Shown one piece after another: positions 62,577 through 64,000 of a DNA stretch of 64,000 nt. The stretch covers positions 64,976,001 through 65,040,000 of the forward strand of contig CM075980.1 in the NCBI GenBank assembly GCA_038087875.1, read 5' to 3'. The notes under the pieces are model-generated. The model was not told the DNA's origin and searched no databases. It saw only the letters and a program-made list of their open reading frames with translations. The translations under genes were made by a program, and so were the position numbers. Numbering within the stretch: the first letter of the stretch is position 1; every line of letters starts with the position of its first letter. The stretch is from Malacoraja senta. Taxonomy: Eukaryota.

Positions 62577-64000
62577 CTGTGGTGAAACAAATTATATTTT
62601 CAGTATTGAAGAATCACAGAAAAACTGCTGCCAAAGTCCATATGAAGTACTTTAAATGCATTTGTCCCAATGACAATCCTTGTTACCTCTTCAAAAAAAG
62701 GCACCACCTTTTTTTGAACACGTTGAAGCCTTAATCCTTGATTCCAAGATGGTTTGTACAGCCCACATCAAAATTAAACTAAATGGTGTACAATTACCCT
62801 GTTTAACTCTTCCTTCACTTTTAAACAGTATAATGTCAGCAGTCCACCAGGCCTCTGACCTGCTTAGCTAGGAAGGATTAGAAAATCAAAGTCAGAGCCT
62901 CCCAGTTTCCTCCCTTATGCTCAGTAACAGCCCATGGTATGTTCATCCTGGTCTGGTGATTTATTTACTTTGAAACATGTTAAACCTTATAATAATTCCT
63001 ATCTTGCCATGTTCATCCCATCCAATATTTCACATCTTCCTTCTTAACCACCACCCCACCATTACCTCCTATTTGTACATTTTCAGCAAAAATCCTACCA
63101 ATATACTTCATCTTCAGAGGTTACCTTTGTGGTCCCTAAAATTATAGTTCATTTCTTCGTTATCCTTGTGGTCTTTATGTATGCAAAGACATATCTTTGA
63201 ACTTTCTTTGATTTTCTTGCCCATTTCTTTGCATTTCAATTAGTTTCCTAATTTTACTTTTAACTTACAACCCCATTCCTCACTAACCCCTCACCATTCT
63301 CACACAAATTTTAATATCTTTCTTTGGTTTCCTGCAGCATTGAGCTCCAGGTGTCTGAAATAAGCTTGCTTCCCTTTAACTTATCCTATCCTCTATGCAT
63401 ATCGTCATCCAGTATGCTCTAGTTTTGGCAGTTCTGGTTTGCTCCAAAACTCCTGAATTTCCTTCTTTAATCCCACTACTCTGACACTGATATAACACCA
63501 AGGAACCAGTTCACTTTTGCCTAATCAGTCCAGCTTAGTAAAATTTGCTTTCCCCTGAATTAGATCTTTCGCTACTCTTCTAACAGCATACTTTTCCACA
63601 ATTGATATATAATCGCTACCATAAAAATACTATTTGACTTCTATTCTAACATTTGCCCAGCATCCGTGCCATATTTCCTTTCAACATTCGTTGAAACTAA
63701 ATTTGCAACTGAATTCCATTTCGTTGATCTAGCTACAAGGTAGCTTAAAAAAATCTTCTGAATGCAGTTTAGGAATTCTTTACTCAACAACAGCAAACTT
63801 TCTGCTGCCTATCTTCTCTCCAGGTATGGATGGCCAGTACCCGGACATGGCGCCGACAGACAAGAAGCCGAAGCAAAGAAGTCAAAGCCAAAGTACCGAA
63901 TGGAAACGAGGCCGAAACGCCAATAAACCGAAAGAGTCCGAAGACGAAACGCCTACTAACCGAAAGGATGGGACGCCTAAATGCAAACTAACCGAAAGGG

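Overview
Vertebrate genomic DNA, most likely a cartilaginous fish (skate/ray-like), inferred from the repeat families present. The only host gene I can support is the 3' part of axonemal dynein heavy chain 1 (DNAH1) on the minus strand. I traced 14 coding exons from 62576 down to the stop codon at 17543 (C-terminus [11 protein letters not shown]). The model has three anomalies: one expected exon is absent (probably inside the 200-N gap at 43657-43856), one intron has a GC donor, and one exon is 1 nt short at a homopolymer. The rest is dense, often nested transposable elements: a near full-length sushi/Tf1-type chromovirus with a self-priming signature, a decayed CsRn1-clade Gypsy, a miniature LTR element and a solo LTR inside a CR1, L1, CR1, Rex1/Babar, Penelope-like elements, V-SINEs, Tc1, hAT-like, Harbinger-like and Tigger-like non-autonomous elements, and Helentron-like elements. 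The most striking recurrent signal is a family of minimal hammerhead-ribozyme motifs from the Penelope 3' end. Two near-identical ~95-100 nt copies are stand-alone insertions with their own target-site duplications. All calls are by eye; no database searches were run.
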